Assembly: GCA_965113315.1 (NCBI GenBank)
Contig: OZ220365.1
Source: Podarcis vaucheri
Taxonomy: Eukaryota
Length of the DNA stretch: 64,000 nt
Reading direction: 5' to 3' (one strand)
This document shows positions 61,514 through 64,000 of the stretch, piece by piece (within the stretch, counting starts at the first letter, position 1; each line of letters begins with the position of its first letter). The position numbers and the translations under genes were made by a program. The notes below the pieces were generated by a model. It worked only from the letters and a program-made list of their open reading frames with translations. It had not been told where the DNA came from and did no database searches.

Positions 61514-64000
61514 TGCAATGATACCAGTAAGTCTCTATGATTTCAGTCCAAAGAAATCCAAACCCAGGTAATCTCTAGAAACCTCTCACTCCTTGTAGAA
61601 TTGGGCTGCACATAACCTATGCTTTGCTATGCCAGCTTCCAGGGCACTCCATGCCATCCACACATATCCCACCATCAGGCAGCATTTTGTGCCCACTGAA
61701 CATGCTCAATTCCTACTGTAATGTGTTGTTATCCACCAGCAACAATTTCCCCTCTTTGTTTCTACTTCTGCAAACCTAATCAGTGAAGAGTGGGGGCTCC
61801 ACTGTAAGGCAAAAAAACCTTACTGTTTAAGCAGCCTTTTTCAGATAGGCATTATTATCCTTACTTGGTTGCATGGCTTTGTTTTGTCTGTTGCCTCCGT
61901 CTCCCTTTTTATTACATTATACTATCTCTGTTTCTTTATATATTGTATTTTTAGAACATGATTGTATTTTATAGTCCATCTGGATTGCTGCGACCCGCCC
62001 TGAATGATGTGTAAGTGCTAGAAGGGCAGGATATAAATGTTCATGTGTATTAAATAAATAAATGAAGCCCTCCCTCGGAGCAATATCTTCTTCCAGCCTG
62101 AGCTACTGTCTGTGAAATGTACAAATTGTACAATGGAAGAAAACAGCCCCAGTCACAGGGATGGCACACAGTGGAATCTTCCCTCTGCTGAAGATGGTGC
62201 CTAACTCCCATTACCTTTAATGGGAACTAAATGAGTGCCAAGAAGAGAGTGAAGGATTTAGGCATTCAAGCATAGACAGTGAAATCAATTTAATCTCCCT
62301 AACATTTTTCATTCTGTTACAATCAGGTGGGGGGAAGTATCAAGACTAACAGCAGGAAATTGAGATTCTTGAATTTTCGTGTACCTGATAATTTAGTGGC
62401 TTTTTAGTGCTTTTATATTAGCTTTGTCTCTCTCTCTCTCCCCCCCCCCTCACTAAATTGTGGGATGTATTGTGACATGCCTCGTGAAATTGCCCATAAC
62501 AATGGGCAGATGGGGAAGACAGAGTGCCTGGGACCAGCAAAGATGCCCTATGTTGTCTTGGTTCTGTATTGCTTTATGAAATATCTGAACTTTAGTGGGC
62601 CTTGCCAGAGGAATCCTCCCATTGACCCTTGCCTGTTAGTTATGTGGGGTGGGGTCTGGAAGTTTGCAATGTGGTTGGCTTGGCTGTCCCCTCTTGTTGC
62701 TTGACTATTTGACTAGTTAAGCACCTCACATGCATCTCTCTACACACGGCCAACTCCACAAATTTGTTGTGAGATTGGTTTCAGTGTTAGAAAGTGTTTG
62801 CAGGGTCCATCCCTTCCAACACACTGCAGTTGAAAACCAGATTGTGTGACCTGCACAAGAGCACAACACCCAAAACTGCACCTTTTGGGGTGCCGCAATC
62901 TCACATGTTTTGGGGCACCATGCTTTTGCACGTTTTGGGGCACGATCTCCCAAAATGGGATGTCCTTATTTAATCGGGGCAGTTGGGGGATATGCAGCCA
63001 TGTAAGCGACTGCTGTGTGAGGTGTGGAGAGGTGATGGGGTTGTAATGGACAGCTCCAGAAGGCTGCATATACTCACATAAGATCTCTCAGGAACTTGGA
63101 TTACCCCACATGATCTTGCGGGAGCAGCTCAGAGCAGGCATACTGAATGTGTCTTGCTTCTCAGACAAGGTGGGGAGCTTAAAAGTGAAGTAACTCCAAG
63201 CAAACTTGTTGTAAAAAGAGCATTTAAGCTCACCACCTGGCTTGGGACTTGCCTTCCATAATTTTAACCAGCCTGCCTTCAGCTGTTTATGGTTGAAACT
63301 GTGCAAGTCTAAAGCACGTAAGATGGAGGATTACTGTACTTGTTTCCATAGACTTTAATGGGGCAAGGAAATGTTAATGAGCAGCTGATCAGAACTTCAC
63401 CAAGGCAGTGAAAGTGTGGACTCCACTACAAGTCTGAATAAAGTACACCAGTAGTTTTACTAAAAATTAGAAATAAATATATAATGTGCCATCCTAATAA
63501 CTGGAAAAAGGGGTTCCATTTTCAGTACTTTTTAACTCAATGTATCTGTGGTAAATTTTATTGGATCAGTTGGAAATTTGGCACTTCAGGTAGGTCAGGT
63601 ACACCAAATTTCAGGTTATTGACTCAATAGATGCCATTTTCATCAGCTATAGAAACTTGTTTTTGCTATTCACCGTCACTCCTGTGCTCCAATAATAATG
63701 TAGTAGCTTGAAAAATAGTTTCAGAAAAATAAATCCAGTTCAAATGAATTATTTCCTGCTGGAAATTCAACATGCAATCAGTTTCTTAATACACTGCTTT
63801 AGTATGAACATTAAAAAAAAAAACCGAGAAAACATAACATAAATATTTCATTAGCAAATAGGACTTATATGGGTCGGCATTAAAAGGGACATTTCTTGGC
63901 AATGGCAAAATATATAGTATTCTGTGAGGTGGAAATTAATTATGTCAACCTCATGGGTGGGGAAAGATTGATTCAGTTTTAAGAGGGCCTTGAATACACT

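Overview
Vertebrate genomic DNA, almost certainly from a squamate and probably a lacertid lizard. The evidence is multiple Sauria SINEs, Bov-B LINE fragments, CR1 3' ends with (ATTCTATG)n tails, L1, L2, Rex1/Babar and RTE remnants, Gypsy LTRs, and many hAT and Tc1/mariner (Tigger-like) MITEs. Most of the window is intronic or intergenic, with an assembly gap at 30326-30534. No complete protein-coding gene can be named. The only strong gene signal is a CpG island (about 45410-46680) with GC boxes, an ETS site and a YY1 motif overlapping ATG GCG GCG G|gtaagt. That island lies inside a ~1.46-kb composite hAT element (45290-46745) with 15-bp TIRs, an identical 8-bp TSD (TTCTAGAC) and a third, internal TIR. 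This is the structure expected of a Pack-TIR or macro-transposon that captured another gene's promoter and first exon. Removing the element in silico restores a minus-strand ATG-MSRRRAEK|GT exon that splices in frame to a downstream exon, so it may have landed in the start codon of a host gene. Other points of interest are a four-level nested TE stack, an internally deleted Gypsy gag element flanked by a 71-bp duplication, a TTAGGG-bearing hAT MITE, decayed exon-like segments at 1-10.6 kb and several CNE-like tracts.
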